NCBI GenBank assembly: GCA_039794045.1
Contig: JBAMLY010000009.1
Location: 38,609-102,608, forward strand
Source: Candidatus Micrarchaeia archaeon
GTDB lineage: Archaea > Micrarchaeota > Micrarchaeia > Norongarragalinales > UBA8480
Length of the DNA: 64,000 nt
Reading direction: 5' to 3'
Shown here: piece after piece, positions 36,546 through 44,439 of the stretch
Layout: the number at the start of each line of letters is the position of its first letter
Numbering within the stretch: the first letter of the stretch is position 1
Notes under the pieces: generated by a model
Told to the model about the DNA's origin: nothing
Seen by the model: only the letters and a program-made list of their open reading frames with translations
The model's database searches: none
Position numbers and translations under genes: made by a program

Positions 36546-37652
36546 TTAACGAAAAGGACGCTCGTTGCGCCTCAAGCCAAACAAGGAAGCGCTGAAGCCA
36601 AGCTTGGAGCGAAAGCGCGCTACCTCGTTCTCCAACTCCCGGCCTTCAATCGCGGCACGCAAGTCTGCTTCAATTAATGCAGCGGGATAGCCGTAAGCCC
36701 TGTTGATCGCACTCAAAGAAAAAACAATTGAAGCAACTTTTTCCGCGCCCTCGCGCCCCCCAACTGTTTTCCCTCGCAAGAAGTCCACTCTCAGCGGCCG
36801 GTCAAAAGCAACCGGCTTAACGTAAAACGAGCAAACGCGCTCCGCCCACTTACCCAAGTCGCGCAAGACGCCGTGCTCGGACGGAATTGAAGAGTAAGAA
36901 AAGCAGGCGCTGCGCTCTCCCTCGCCAAGCAAGAAATAAAGAAAAAGCGAGTCCGTCGTGCGCCCAGCCTCTCCAAGCAAGCCCCGCGCTTCAGGAAAAC
37001 AAGAAGCAACTATTGCGGCAAAGTGCTTTGCGCGAGAGTCCTTAACCACTCCAGCCAACAACGCGCCCCTCTCCTCAACCTCGCCGTAAAGCCGCAAATA
37101 CTTTTCAATAACTCGCTCGTATTCACTGAAAACCCTGCTCTCGCGGGGAGGCTTGTCTGCAGTCTGTGGAACAATGCTACCGTCAAGCAACAACACTTGC
37201 GGAGAAAACTTTTTCAGCACTCCCAAAGCGCAGTCCAGTTCCACGCCAAGCCGCTTCAAAGACTTCATCCAAGCCACTTCAAACGGCTCCCACGAGTAAT
37301 TCGCCAGAAACTGCAAAGCAACAAATTTAGAGGGAAAATAGTGGTGCCCGCGAAGGCGTCCTTCGCTGTAGTCGAAGACTGCGGCGGCAGCGCGATAGAA
37401 AAGCAAGTCCAAGCCGTGAAGCTCCACCAACGCAATCCCTCCGTCCACGGCCGCGACTCGCCCGCTGAATTGCTGGCGCTTGACTGGCAAGAACAAGCGC
37501 TCGTCGAAAACCTCGCGCGCCTCAAGCTCCGGGGACTCGCGCAGCCTAGCGCAAAGCCTCGCCTGGCGTTCTTCTAGGTCGCGCAACTTCTTTACTGCTT
37601 CCTCCCAAGAATCCATTCCGCACTCACGAGAAACAAGCTTAAAGAATACCAC
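36546..37652 (-). CDS. nurA: NurA 5'-3' nuclease
   Basis: VAAVDGG and LLLDGSIVPQ motifs, as in the NurA catalytic Asp motifs. Length 368 aa. Immediately downstream of herA. Confidence 0.7.
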   Translation of the reverse strand: MVFFKLVSRECGMDSWEEAVKKLRDLEERQARLCARLRESPELEAREVFDERLFLPVKRQQFSGRVAAVDGGIALVELHGLDLLFYRAAAAVFDYSEGRLRGHHYFPSKFVALQFLANYSWEPFEVAWMKSLKRLGVELDCALGVLKKFSPQVLLLDGSIVPQTADKPPRESRVFSEYERVIEKYLRLYGEVEERGALLAGVVKDSRAKHFAAIVASCFPEARGLLGEAGRTTDSLFLYFLLGEGERSACFSYSSIPSEHGVLRDLGKWAERVCSFYVKPVAFDRPLRVDFLRGKTVGGREGAEKVASIVFSLSAINRAYGYPAALIEADLRAAIEGRELENEVARFRSKLGFSASLFGLRRNERPFR

Positions 37653-37670
37653 GCAAACAAACTATTTTAA

Positions 37671-38036
37671 GTGGTTGGAGTGAGCGAGTTCAAGCAAGCA
37701 ATAATAATTCGCTGCGACCTCGGAATGGGGAAAGGAAAAATGGTGGCGCAAGGAAGCCATGCGTCGCTCCTCGCCTTTGAGGAAGCCCTAAAGAAAAACG
37801 AGGAAGCCGCGCGCGCTTGGCAAGCGAGCGGAAGCAAGAAAATAGTTCTGAGGGCTGCAAGCGAAAAAGAACTCGTCGAACTATACGCTAAAGCAAGGAA
37901 GGCAAGACTGCCTGCAGCGCTCGTAGTTGACGCGGGGCACACGCAAATAGAGGCGGGCACGAAGACCGCAGCTGGCATCGGACCAGCAGAAGAAAGCGCG
38001 CTTGACAAGATCACTGGAAAACTCAGGTTGTTATAG
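37671..38036 (+). CDS. pth2: Peptidyl-tRNA hydrolase Pth2 (archaeal type)
   Basis: 121 aa: KQAIIIRCDLGMGKGKMVAQGSHASL...GIGP, characteristic of Pth2. Confidence 0.85.
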   Translation: MVGVSEFKQAIIIRCDLGMGKGKMVAQGSHASLLAFEEALKKNEEAARAWQASGSKKIVLRAASEKELVELYAKARKARLPAALVVDAGHTQIEAGTKTAAGIGPAEESALDKITGKLRLL

Positions 38037-38088
38037 CGCTGCCACAAAGCTTTTTGAACACTCGCCGCATTCTATTTTTGAGCGCAAA

Positions 38089-39645
38089 ATGGCTTACTTG
38101 GACGAATTGATAGGGAAAGCGAAAGCGCAAAAAAAGGGAGTGGCTGGGCTCACGCCTGGCACGAAAGAACCAGAAAAGCCAGGCGGGCCAGAAAAAGAAA
38201 AAGTGTTGATTGACACTTACGACTCAGTCCACATCTACCGCGTGCCAGGAGAAGCCCTCTACTTCTACGAAGTCCCAACCCCGCGCTACCGCGGCGAAGA
38301 AAAAGCCTTGATTCAAGCCCTCATGGACATCGCAAGCAAAGTAATAGAAAGCGAGCACGAAGTCCCCCGCACTCTAGAGCAAAAGCGTTTCGCTTACAAG
38401 CAAAAAATCCTTGACATAATAGAGTCAACGCCGGAACTCAAAGTGCCGCCTGCCGCTAAAGAATTTTATGCTGACGCGGTAGTGCGCGAGATGGTAGGCT
38501 GGGGCTTGATAGACCCGCTCCTGGAAGACGAGTGGCTTGAAGATGTTATGGTGAACGGCCCAAACCAGCCAGTCTACGTCTTCCACAGGAAATACGACAT
38601 GATGAAGACGAACATAGTCTTCTACGACGACAAAGACATTCGCGACTTGATAGACCGCATCGCGCGCACCATAGGACGCCACATAGACATTCAAACCCCT
38701 TTGCTGGACGCGAGGCTCCCCGACGGAACGCGCGTGAACGCAACAGTGCCGCCAGCGAGCTTGAACGGCTCCACTTTGTCAATAAGAAAGTTCCGCACCG
38801 ACCCAATAACCATAATAGACTTAGTAAACTACGGCACGCTCAACTACGAAGTGGCCGCGTTTCTTTGGCTGGCAGCCGACGGCTTCGGAGCAAAGCCAGC
38901 CAACATGATAATAAGCGGCGGCACGGCAAGCGGGAAGACGACGCTATTGAACGTCATCTCGTCACTGGTGCCGAACAGCGAGCGCGTCATCACAATAGAA
39001 GACACTGCTGAACTCAACTTGCCGCTGGAGCAATGGGTTCGCTTTGAAACAAGGCCTCCTGGCGTGGAGGGCGGCGGCGAACTCACGATGGACATGCTGT
39101 TAAAGAACTCGCTGCGCATGAGGCCAGACCGCATCATTGTCGGCGAAATCCGGGGAGAGGAAGGACACACTCTTTTCTCGGCGATGAACACAGGACACGA
39201 CGGCTGCCTTGGAACGCTTCACGCAAACAGCGCGCGTGAAACCCTCATTCGCCTCAGCAACCCGCCAATCAACGTTCCCCTCATAATGCTTTCTTCCCTC
39301 AACTTCATCATAATGGAGCAGAGAATCAATGACCGCCGCAAGGGACTCATTCGCCGCATCACGGAAATAGCGGAAGTGATTTCAGTAGAGGAAAACAAGA
39401 TGCCCGAACTCCAAGTAATCTATCAATGGGACCCCGCAAAAGACGTCCTGCAAAGCACTGGAATGAATCCCTTGTACTTCCAAGTACTGCAGCGCTACAC
39501 GGCCTACACCAAGGACGTCATAGAAGAAGAACTCAAAAACCGCGCCAACATATTGAGGGAACTAAACTCGCGTGGCGTGCGCAGCCTCTCTGACGTGTGC
39601 GCCGTAACCCACAACTACATCTTGCGCACTCAAGGAAAACTGTGA
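38089..39645 (+). CDS. Type IV pilus assembly ATPase (FlaI/PilB/TadA-like); start moved to MAYLDEL
   Basis: Walker A ISGGTASGKTT, Asp/His boxes (RPDRIIVGEIRG, GTLHANS). It heads a locus with PilC-like genes and many prepilins. Confidence 0.85.
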   Translation: MAYLDELIGKAKAQKKGVAGLTPGTKEPEKPGGPEKEKVLIDTYDSVHIYRVPGEALYFYEVPTPRYRGEEKALIQALMDIASKVIESEHEVPRTLEQKRFAYKQKILDIIESTPELKVPPAAKEFYADAVVREMVGWGLIDPLLEDEWLEDVMVNGPNQPVYVFHRKYDMMKTNIVFYDDKDIRDLIDRIARTIGRHIDIQTPLLDARLPDGTRVNATVPPASLNGSTLSIRKFRTDPITIIDLVNYGTLNYEVAAFLWLAADGFGAKPANMIISGGTASGKTTLLNVISSLVPNSERVITIEDTAELNLPLEQWVRFETRPPGVEGGGELTMDMLLKNSLRMRPDRIIVGEIRGEEGHTLFSAMNTGHDGCLGTLHANSARETLIRLSNPPINVPLIMLSSLNFIIMEQRINDRRKGLIRRITEIAEVISVEENKMPELQVIYQWDPAKDVLQSTGMNPLYFQVLQRYTAYTKDVIEEELKNRANILRELNSRGVRSLSDVCAVTHNYILRTQGKL

Positions 39646-39657
39646 GGCCTTCAGTGA

Positions 39658-40797
39658 ATGCCTGAAAGCAAGCTGGAAAAAATAAAGCGCGCCGTGGAAA
39701 AAACAGAGCTTGAAACCCGCGCCGAAGTCTTGAAGGAAGAAGAGCTGGCGCGCCGCCGCGAACTCGACGAAATAATCGCAAAACTCAAGGAAAAACAAAA
39801 AAAAGGTTTTGTGGCAGAAAAGCGGCTGGAAAAAATAAAGGAGCACGTAGAAGAAAAACCAGAAATAAGCGAGGAAGAAACCAAGGCAGCAATCCGCTTG
39901 CAAGTAAGCAAGACGAAGGGAGTAGGCTGGTTTTACTCTTCCCTGCAAAAACCCATAACTTCAGTGTCAAAAGTTTTCTCTGTTATTCCAGTCGCAAAAA
40001 ACTTGAAGAAAGAACTCGCAAGCGCAGACATGCACATCACGCCAGAAGCCTACCTCGCCCTAACTACCACGGTCTCCGTCATAGCCGCAATAACTACTTG
40101 GATTGCCGCAGGCATTCTAGCGACTAGCTTGAGTAACTTGAGTGTAATAGAAATAGCTTCATCTATCTCGCTTGCCTTCGTTGGAGCAGTGCTGGCGTTC
40201 TTCGGGGTTTCTGCAGTCGCGCTCGCTTACCCTTCAATTCGCGCGTCCGAGCGAGCAAACAAAATAGACAAGGAACTGCCGTTCGCGTTGCGCCACCTCG
40301 CCACTCAACTCAAGGCCGGCGTGAGCCTCAACCGCGCAATGCGGTCAGTCGCGGACGCCAACTACGGCGCACTCACGCAAGAGTTCAGAAAAACGCTCGC
40401 TGACTTGGAGAGCGGCTTGAGCACGGAAGACGCGTTATTGAAGCTTGCAGACCGCAACCGCTCTCGAGGCCTAAAGCGCGCGGTAGTGCAAATAACGCGC
40501 GCGATCAGGACGGGCGGAAACCTCGCCGAAATAATTTCATCCATAGCAGACGACATCTCGTTTGAGTCCCGCATGAAAATACGCGACTTCACGGAAATGC
40601 TGAACATAATAAGCATAGTCTACATAATGGTAGGAGTAGTCGCGCCAGTAATGATAACCATTCTGTCCGCCGTAGCCCAGCTGCCAGTGTTCGGTGGCGG
40701 GATAGCATTCGGATTAGTGCTCGCAGTGTTCGCGGGAATAGTGGGCGCTACTGGCGCCCTCATCTTCCTAATCAAGAGACTAGAACCAGTAGCGTGA
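39658..40797 (+). CDS. Type IV pilus platform membrane protein (TadC/FlaJ/PilC-like)
   Basis: 379 aa with a coiled-coil N-terminus, then TM helices and a GspF/TadC-like cytoplasmic segment (LPFALRHLATQLKAGVSLNRAMRSVAD). Follows the ATPase. Confidence 0.65.
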   Translation: MPESKLEKIKRAVEKTELETRAEVLKEEELARRRELDEIIAKLKEKQKKGFVAEKRLEKIKEHVEEKPEISEEETKAAIRLQVSKTKGVGWFYSSLQKPITSVSKVFSVIPVAKNLKKELASADMHITPEAYLALTTTVSVIAAITTWIAAGILATSLSNLSVIEIASSISLAFVGAVLAFFGVSAVALAYPSIRASERANKIDKELPFALRHLATQLKAGVSLNRAMRSVADANYGALTQEFRKTLADLESGLSTEDALLKLADRNRSRGLKRAVVQITRAIRTGGNLAEIISSIADDISFESRMKIRDFTEMLNIISIVYIMVGVVAPVMITILSAVAQLPVFGGGIAFGLVLAVFAGIVGATGALIFLIKRLEPVA

Positions 40798-40801
40798 AAA
40801 A

Positions 40802-41845
40802 ATGACTTCGCTTTCGCAGCAGTGGGAAAACTTGAAGCGCTACTATGCGGCAACCGGCTTCCGAATAAGCCTGCCTGCCTTCATGGCGGTGATGCTGGCT
40901 TTCGCGGCAATAGCTGCCATGGCAAGCCTTGCGTTAATTCAACTCTTGCCGCCGGACTTGAAGCAGAACGCCCCCATAGTCGCGGCAGCATGCTTTGCAG
41001 CAATAATTTCGTTAATCATAGGCATTCCCGTTACGATCAGAAACAACCGCATTTCAGCAATAGAAAATAACTTGCCTGACGCGCTCAAGCACATGGCTTT
41101 AGTATTAAAGGCAGGCGGAACCACTGAAGCCGCGCTAGAAGAAGTGGCGAACGCAGACTACGGCCCACTCAGCGCAGACCTCAAAATTGGCTTGAAGGGC
41201 TTGAAGGAAGGAAAGCCGTTCGACGACGTGCTCCGCGAAACCGCAATAAACACTGGCTCGGTGTTGTTCAACAGGACTAGCGCAATAATGGTTGACGCGC
41301 GCCGCGCTGGCGCTGGCTTGGCAGATGTCATGAACGCGGTGGGAGACGACGCGCGAGACATTCTCCGCATCGGGCGCGAGCGAAAGAGTAGGACGATGAT
41401 GCACGTAATGTTCCTAATAATTTCAGGGTTGTTTCTCTCGCCATTCATTTTCGGCTTCACGATGAGCATTGTTTCCTTCATGTCTTCCGGAATTGCAGTG
41501 AGCGGCACAGGGCTCGGCGAAAGCGGGAGCACCGTCAACATGACAATCGCAGACTGCAGGGTTCCCTGCCTCATTCAAACCGACCCAGTAATGGCTGGCT
41601 TTCTCGCGGCCGGCCTTGCTCCCTTGAACACCGTAAAGCCATTGTACGAGTGGAGGCTCAACGCAATGGACCAGCTTTTAATGGTTTTCCTCGCAATAGT
41701 TTCAATAGTCACGCTCGTAGCAATAGGAGTTATAAGGGAAGGAAAACTGTTCAAGTACGTGCTTTACTTCCCCTTCGCCATACTCGCAGTAATAGTAATA
41801 TATTTGGCTGGAAAAATATTCAGTGGATTCATTATTGGGTCGTGA
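40802..41845 (+). CDS. Second TadC/FlaJ/PilC-like platform membrane protein
   Basis: 347 aa, paralogous in layout (LPDALKHMALVLKAGGTTEAALEEVANADYG). Tandem with the 39658 gene, as split PilC halves would be. Confidence 0.65.
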   Translation: MTSLSQQWENLKRYYAATGFRISLPAFMAVMLAFAAIAAMASLALIQLLPPDLKQNAPIVAAACFAAIISLIIGIPVTIRNNRISAIENNLPDALKHMALVLKAGGTTEAALEEVANADYGPLSADLKIGLKGLKEGKPFDDVLRETAINTGSVLFNRTSAIMVDARRAGAGLADVMNAVGDDARDILRIGRERKSRTMMHVMFLIISGLFLSPFIFGFTMSIVSFMSSGIAVSGTGLGESGSTVNMTIADCRVPCLIQTDPVMAGFLAAGLAPLNTVKPLYEWRLNAMDQLLMVFLAIVSIVTLVAIGVIREGKLFKYVLYFPFAILAVIVIYLAGKIFSGFIIGS

Positions 41846-41849
41846 AAAA

Positions 41850-41951
41850 ATGAGGGCGCAAACAGCAATAGAATACCTTCTCTTGATAGCGATGGCGGTT
41901 GTCGCGGTAACCGCCATAACTTACTTCGTGAAAACGGTTTTGTCGCGGTGA
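41850..41951 (+). CDS. Minipilin (33 aa) with class III signal peptide; absent from the ORF track
   Basis: MRA|QTAIEYLLLIAMAVVAVTAITYFVKTVLSR, with Q+1 and E+5. I found it by reading the sequence, and it is below the ORF-track size cutoff. Confidence 0.45.
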   Translation: MRAQTAIEYLLLIAMAVVAVTAITYFVKTVLSR

Positions 41952-41958
41952 AAGAAAA

Positions 41959-42165
41959 ATGGATGAAAAAGCACAGGGAGCATTCGAGTACATTTTAATG
42001 CTGGCAGGCATTCTCTTGATCGTGGTCGTAATAATAATGGTGGTGAAGTCCAACATTCTCTCGCCGGCCACAGGGACAGTAGAACAAACAACTGGTCAAT
42101 ACCAGCAAACCACTAACTGTAGTGACTTGAACGCTTCAACGCTGCAGGAATGCTTGAACAAATAA
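41959..42165 (+). CDS. Short pilin (68 aa), class III signal peptide MDEKA|QGAFEY
   Basis: The signal peptide and helix are nearly identical to the four major pilin paralogs, but the C-terminal part is short (2 Cys, sequons NCS, NAS). Confidence 0.6.
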   Translation: MDEKAQGAFEYILMLAGILLIVVVIIMVVKSNILSPATGTVEQTTGQYQQTTNCSDLNASTLQECLNK

Positions 42166-42179
42166 GGAAGGTGAAAAAA

Positions 42180-42602
42180 ATGGGTTTTGCGCCGCGAAAG
42201 GGACAGGGAGCCTTCGAGTACATATTATTGCTCGCTGGCATTCTCTTAATAGTAGTAATCGTAATAATAGTCCTCAAAAGCGGTTTGACGCAGCAGTCGA
42301 GCACGAACATTGGAGAGTCAAGCGAGAAAATCCGCGTGAACGCGGCAGTGCGGTGCCTAGACTTCTGCGGCGACGGCGCGTGGGCTTGGGTAAAGTCAGC
42401 TAACTCGTCGATAACGCTTCAATACAACTCTTCTTGCCCGATTGCCGCAGGACTCAATGGAACTCCTAATTGCTTCTGGACTGGAAGCGACAACGCCGTC
42501 GGCTGCAACGCCACGTGGTCTACTGGAAGCAGCGTCTACGCCAACACTCCGCCCAACAACGCGAAATTCTGTCAGTTGGCGCAGCAGAGCTCGAGCAGCT
42601 GA
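42180..42602 (+). CDS. Major pilin paralog 1 (class III signal peptide, 6-Cys framework)
   Basis: MGFAPRKG|QGAFEYILLLAGILLIVV, then CLDFCGDGAW and C..NC..GCNAT..FC. Sequons NSS, NSS, NGT, NAT. RBS AGGAAGGTG upstream. Confidence 0.75.
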   Translation: MGFAPRKGQGAFEYILLLAGILLIVVIVIIVLKSGLTQQSSTNIGESSEKIRVNAAVRCLDFCGDGAWAWVKSANSSITLQYNSSCPIAAGLNGTPNCFWTGSDNAVGCNATWSTGSSVYANTPPNNAKFCQLAQQSSSS

Positions 42603-42610
42603 GCGCCACC

Positions 42611-42643
42611 CCTCTTTTTATTTTTATTCAAACTATTTTTTTC
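42611..42643 (+). promoter_or_regulatory. AT/T-rich intergenic element (TTTTTATTTTTATT): putative TATA/BRE promoter for pilin paralog 2 and T-rich terminator for paralog 1
   Basis: This is the only AT-rich stretch between the two pilin ORFs and lies about 20-30 nt upstream of the ATG at 42644. Confidence 0.35.
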
Positions 42644-43081
42644 ATGCCACGAAAACGCGGGCAAGGAGCTTTTGAATACATCTTGTTAGTCGCAGGCATT
42701 CTGTTAATCGTGGTCGTCGTCGTCTTGCTCTTGAAGTCAGGCGTAGTGCAAGGCGCGCAGAAAAACGTTGGCGAAAGCAGTGGAAGGCTTTCCGTGAACA
42801 GCAAGATAAGCTGCCTAGATTTCTGCGGCGAAGGGGCTTGGAGTTACGTGGCGAACGCCGAGCCAAGCGCGCGCGTGACGCCTTACGTTGACGCGTGCAC
42901 TCTCGCGGAAGGAGTGAACGGCAACGCTTCCTGTTTTTACGGTGAAAGCGACGCGGCTGCGCGCGACGGCGCCTACCATTACTGGTGCAACGCATCCAAC
43001 GTGACTGGAATGCAGAAGTACGCAAACACGCGTCCCAACAACCAGTTGTTCTGCGGCTACGTGCGCGAAAACGCTCCCTGA
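42644..43081 (+). CDS. Major pilin paralog 2; start moved to MPRKRG|QGAFEY
   Basis: Same signal peptide; CLDFCGEGAW, AC..SC..WCNAS..FCGYV. Sequons NAS, NAS, NVT. Confidence 0.75.
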   Translation: MPRKRGQGAFEYILLVAGILLIVVVVVLLLKSGVVQGAQKNVGESSGRLSVNSKISCLDFCGEGAWSYVANAEPSARVTPYVDACTLAEGVNGNASCFYGESDAAARDGAYHYWCNASNVTGMQKYANTRPNNQLFCGYVRENAP

Positions 43082-43099
43082 AAAGAATTTATATCGCGG

Positions 43100-43588
43100 T
43101 TGATTATTGGCTTAAACGGTTTGAGAGAGATTAAATTGAGAATTCCAGAGTTTGGGAAAAGAGGCCAGGGAGCCTTTGAATACATTTTGCTCGTCGCAGG
43201 CATTCTGCTCATCGTCGTGCTCGTCATACTACTCCTAAAGGGCGGGCTGGTGTCGCAAAGCGGTGCCAACGTGGCCGAGTCAGGCGAGAAAGCACGCATA
43301 AACAGCGAAATAAATTGCCTGCAATTCTGTGGCGCTGGCGCGTGGAAGTACATAACGCCAAATGCGAAGGGTAATTACACTAATTGCACTGTAAGAGAAG
43401 GAATAACCGGCAATCCGGCGTGCTTCTGGAACGCCAGCACTGGCGACACGGCAACCTGCAACGTCACTGCAGTTCTCATCGAGGCAGGCTATACTCCATC
43501 CGAGGCAGCAAAATACTACAATGTAACGCCCGCCAACACTGACTTCTGCGGCTACGTAAGGCAGACCGCCAAGGAAAGCACGAGGTAA
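43100..43588 (+). CDS. Major pilin paralog 3 (start uncertain: TTG at 43100, 43121 or 43136)
   Basis: ...EFGKRG|QGAFEYILLVAGILLIVV; CLQFCGAGAW, NC..AC..TCNVT..FCGYV. Sequons NYT, NCT, NAS, NVT, NVT. A TTTATAT box sits at about 43088. Confidence 0.7.
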   Translation: MIIGLNGLREIKLRIPEFGKRGQGAFEYILLVAGILLIVVLVILLLKGGLVSQSGANVAESGEKARINSEINCLQFCGAGAWKYITPNAKGNYTNCTVREGITGNPACFWNASTGDTATCNVTAVLIEAGYTPSEAAKYYNVTPANTDFCGYVRQTAKESTR

Positions 43589-43686
43589 GCAACGCGACCC
43601 ACCCGTGACTTTAAAAAAGCCACGAAATTTATTTTTAAAGAAGTGAACGCCTTCGAGGCGTTAAAAAGAATGGAGGGAAAAAGAAA

Positions 43687-44157
43687 ATGGTGCCCACCTT
43701 GAATTTAAAAAAGAAGAAAGGGCAGGGAGCCTTCGAGTACATCTTGCTCGTCGCAGGCATTCTGCTCATCGTAGTAATCGTGGTCTTCCTGTTGAAGGGA
43801 GGACTGCAAGCGCAAGCCGGAAGCGGCGGTGTAGTAAGCACGAGCACGGAAAAAATCAACATCAACGTGGAAAGCCAGTGCTTGGACTTCTGCGGCCCGG
43901 GCGCTTGGGCAGCGTACGGAGTGCAAAACAGTGACTTCGCAAACACTAATTGCACTCTCGCCGAAGGAGTAAACGGCAACAGCAGCTGCTACTACTCTGC
44001 AACCACTATAGGCAATAACGGCTTATGTAACGCGACTTACGTCTTAAAGCCCGGCGTTGCGCAAAGCAAGGGCTTACTGAACTCAAGTGGCGCCACGGTA
44101 GTACACCCGCAGAACACGCAGTTCTGCACTTACGTGCGCCAAGCAAGAGCAGGCTAG
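43687..44157 (+). CDS. Major pilin paralog 4
   Basis: MVPTLNLKKKKG|QGAFEYILLVAGILLIVV; CLDFCGPGAW, NC..SC..LCNAT..FCTYV. Sequons NCT, NSS, NAT, NSS. GGAGGG RBS upstream. Confidence 0.75.
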   Translation: MVPTLNLKKKKGQGAFEYILLVAGILLIVVIVVFLLKGGLQAQAGSGGVVSTSTEKININVESQCLDFCGPGAWAAYGVQNSDFANTNCTLAEGVNGNSSCYYSATTIGNNGLCNATYVLKPGVAQSKGLLNSSGATVVHPQNTQFCTYVRQARAG

Positions 44158-44235
44158 AACTTCCCGCTTTTCCCCCTTTTTTTATTTCTTCTTTTCCCTA
44201 AACCTTTTTATTGAAGGCGGGCCTGCAATAAAGTC

Positions 44236-44406
44236 ATGGACGAGCGAGCGCAGACCGCCACTGAGTACTTGCTTATTCTAGCGCTTGGCCTCGTCTTGCT
44301 CGGCGTCGTGCTCGCCATGGCTTTGCGCCTCCGCGACTTCAGCAACGTCTTGACCGGCCGCGTGGCAGAAGAAAGAAACAATACCTTGTCGATGCTAGTC
44401 AGCTGA
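44236..44406 (+). CDS. Minipilin (56 aa) with class III signal peptide; absent from the ORF track
   Basis: MDERA|QTATEYLLILALGLVLLGVVLAMAL.... The start mirrors the ORFs at 1846 and 41959. Confidence 0.5.
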   Translation: MDERAQTATEYLLILALGLVLLGVVLAMALRLRDFSNVLTGRVAEERNNTLSMLVS

Positions 44407-44439
44407 ACTAATTTTATACCAGCGGCGCTACTTGATTGC

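Larger units (their letters stand above)
41974..43782 (+). repeat. Five dispersed copies of a ~60-bp direct repeat (starts near 41974, 42204, 42662, 43166, 43723) encoding the conserved pilin signal-peptide helix
   Basis: cagggagccttcgagtacat[c/t]ttgctcgtcgcaggcattctgctcatcgt... recurs with roughly 80% nucleotide identity at the 5' end of five consecutive pilin ORFs. Confidence 0.6.

Noticed and set aside
41974-43782. Regularly spaced direct repeats (~60 bp every ~450-560 bp) considered as a CRISPR-like array
   Set aside because: The repeats are in-frame coding sequence for the conserved pilin signal peptide, and the intervening sequence is protein-coding with a conserved Cys pattern. Spacing and repeat length do not fit CRISPR, and no cas genes are present.
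44158-44235. Pyrimidine-rich tract (CTTTTCCCCCTTTTTTTATTTCTTCTTTTCCC) after pilin paralog 4, considered as a structured RNA or terminator hairpin
   Set aside because: No stem-loop is apparent. It reads as an archaeal oligo-T terminator and AT-rich promoter region for the following minipilin, so it is not reported as a separate feature.
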